The notes beneath the pieces were generated by a model that worked only from the letters and a program-made list of their open reading frames with translations, was not told the origin of the DNA and did not search any database. Of a stretch of 64,000 nucleotides of DNA, positions 62,640 through 64,000 are shown in pieces. Origin of the DNA: Anolis carolinensis (lineage: Eukaryota); contig NC_085842.1 in assembly GCF_035594765.1 (NCBI RefSeq), positions 133,499,036-133,563,035 of the forward strand, given 5' to 3'. Position 1 is the first letter of the stretch; every line of letters begins with the position of its first letter. Position numbers and translations under genes: made by a program.

Positions 62640-64000
62640 TGAGAAAAAGAAGCCAATAATTACCAGAATATAACTCACCAAGTCGAAGCAAAAGCCACCA
62701 AGGAATTTTATTTAATTTCAGCTGAAAATGATGTCAGCCTGCGATAGTTCGCCAAAAATAGACCGAGATACATAACATAGCAAAGCATGCACTTTTATAA
62801 AGTTTTCAGGTTCAAAATTCCCACCACCCCTGGCTGTGATTGGCAGGAGTTTGACATGCCTCGGCCAATGAGAGAGCGCCGCCTGCCTGTGACATCTCTC
62901 CCTGGCTGGCCAATGGGGGAGATGGAAGTGCAGCAGCAGGAAAAACAAAGGCAAACATGTGTTGATGACAGGATTGAGTGACCTTATGCCAGGTCCTTTG
63001 TCAAGCAGTCTGGCAAGAGCCCCAGGGCCCTGCAAACCGGACCTGGCTATTGATACCTTAATTGAAATAATAAGTCCCTTGGATGGGAATCTTGACACCT
63101 GGATGCCAGTCCTATTGTCAAAAGAGCAGAAGCATCGGGGATCTTGATGGGATTAAAATGATTCAGAGTCCAAGGAAGGAAGATGGCTTTGTTTTGATAG
63201 CTGCGGCTTACTCTTATCTCCCCGCGGAGGAGGTAAGCCATTTAGGTGAATGATTGAAATGTCCAAAGGTTTCTTCATTCTCAAATGGCCTGGCATCACC
63301 TCTGAGGTTTGAGAAGAAGTCCATTGTTTTATTTTCCAGAGGGTGCTCATGAATCCATACTGGTAGTACATAGCCTGAGGCATCCTGGTGATGCTCAGAT
63401 CAGGATGGTGCGCTGGTCAAAAGTTCACATCAGGGTCACAGTGCTTCTTTTGTAAGGGGCAAGATATCAGAAAGTAGAATAATAAAAATAATAAAAATAA
63501 AATAAAATTGATAGGAGACACATGTGGGATTCACAATGGGGGAGAAACATGAGATCCAGCATCCCCATGTGTTGGGAGACAGACACAGGTAGTCCCATGA
63601 GCCATTCAAAGGGCTTCGATCTCCTGTGTGTTTCCAATGGGTGGGGGGAAGAGATGAATCCCAGAGGTTCTCCAGCAGCCCAGCAGGCAAAAGGGCTTTT
63701 TGGGGTTCCCCTAGAACTGGGAGACGGTGCAAGGAATACAAAGGGGTTCATGCAGGAGGGGGGAAATGAATGGCAAGGTAAAGATTATATAAAACATAAT
63801 GTTTGCTTGGCTGACCTTTAAATGTTAACCTGTAAATGTTTCTCAGCTCAAAAGGGAGTTCCTTTTGTTTGTGAGTTGTTGACTGAGATGGGAAACCATG
63901 AGAAGAGTCGTTAATTTTCTAACCCAGGTGTGGCTCAGATGGAAAAAGTCAAATAACTTTTGTGGCATGGTTTTCAGTAATAAATTTGTTACCTCCTTCT
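62640..64000 (-). mobile_element. Probable long solo LTR (ERV-like), antisense to TMEM104, ending at or just past the window edge
   Basis: Plus strand starts TGAGAAAAAG at 62640 and the window ends ...ctccttct. On the minus strand CCAAT (~62840), TATAAAA (~62793-62799) and AATAAA (~62707-62712) occur in U3-R order. Confidence 0.55.

Noticed and set aside
50690-64000. Next TMEM104 exon (…LLGPFTFF.VQKTKYLQ…)
   Set aside because: Not found by eye; probably beyond the window, though the 53911-54052 gap cannot be excluded.

Overview
Vertebrate nuclear DNA, almost certainly an anole-type lizard, judged from Sauria SINE, 5S-Sauria, Squam3, Anolis SINE2, BovB, CR1/L2, Dong/R4, Penelope and SPIN/OC1-like hAT MITEs. 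Two spliced genes lie head-to-head across a CpG-rich bidirectional promoter (~31.25-31.7 kb) with a perfect NRF1 palindrome. NAT9 is on the minus strand with its complete CDS in 6 coding exons (209 aa). TMEM104/SLC38A12 is on the plus strand with its first 7 coding exons (214 codons); I did not find the rest in the window. The remainder is mostly transposon debris plus two assembly gaps. Most notable: (1) two solo Gypsy-type LTRs with 5-bp TSDs carry an acidic reading frame opening at LTR base 2 in the same phase; one encodes an NLS plus a close match to the LEDGF-IBD/TND-interacting motif (IFEESTDEDSFEGF), the other an HMGN-like RSSRL motif, suggesting LTR-encoded chromatin-tethering tails of Pol/integrase; (2) an L1 insertion in TMEM104 is flanked by a 229-bp direct duplication whose three differences are all T(left)/C(right); (3) a uORF ends 2 nt before the TMEM104 start and one TMEM104 acceptor is a triple NAG; (4) a multilayer nested transposon stack at 46.4-47.9 kb. 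All family names come from recalled motifs, not database searches.
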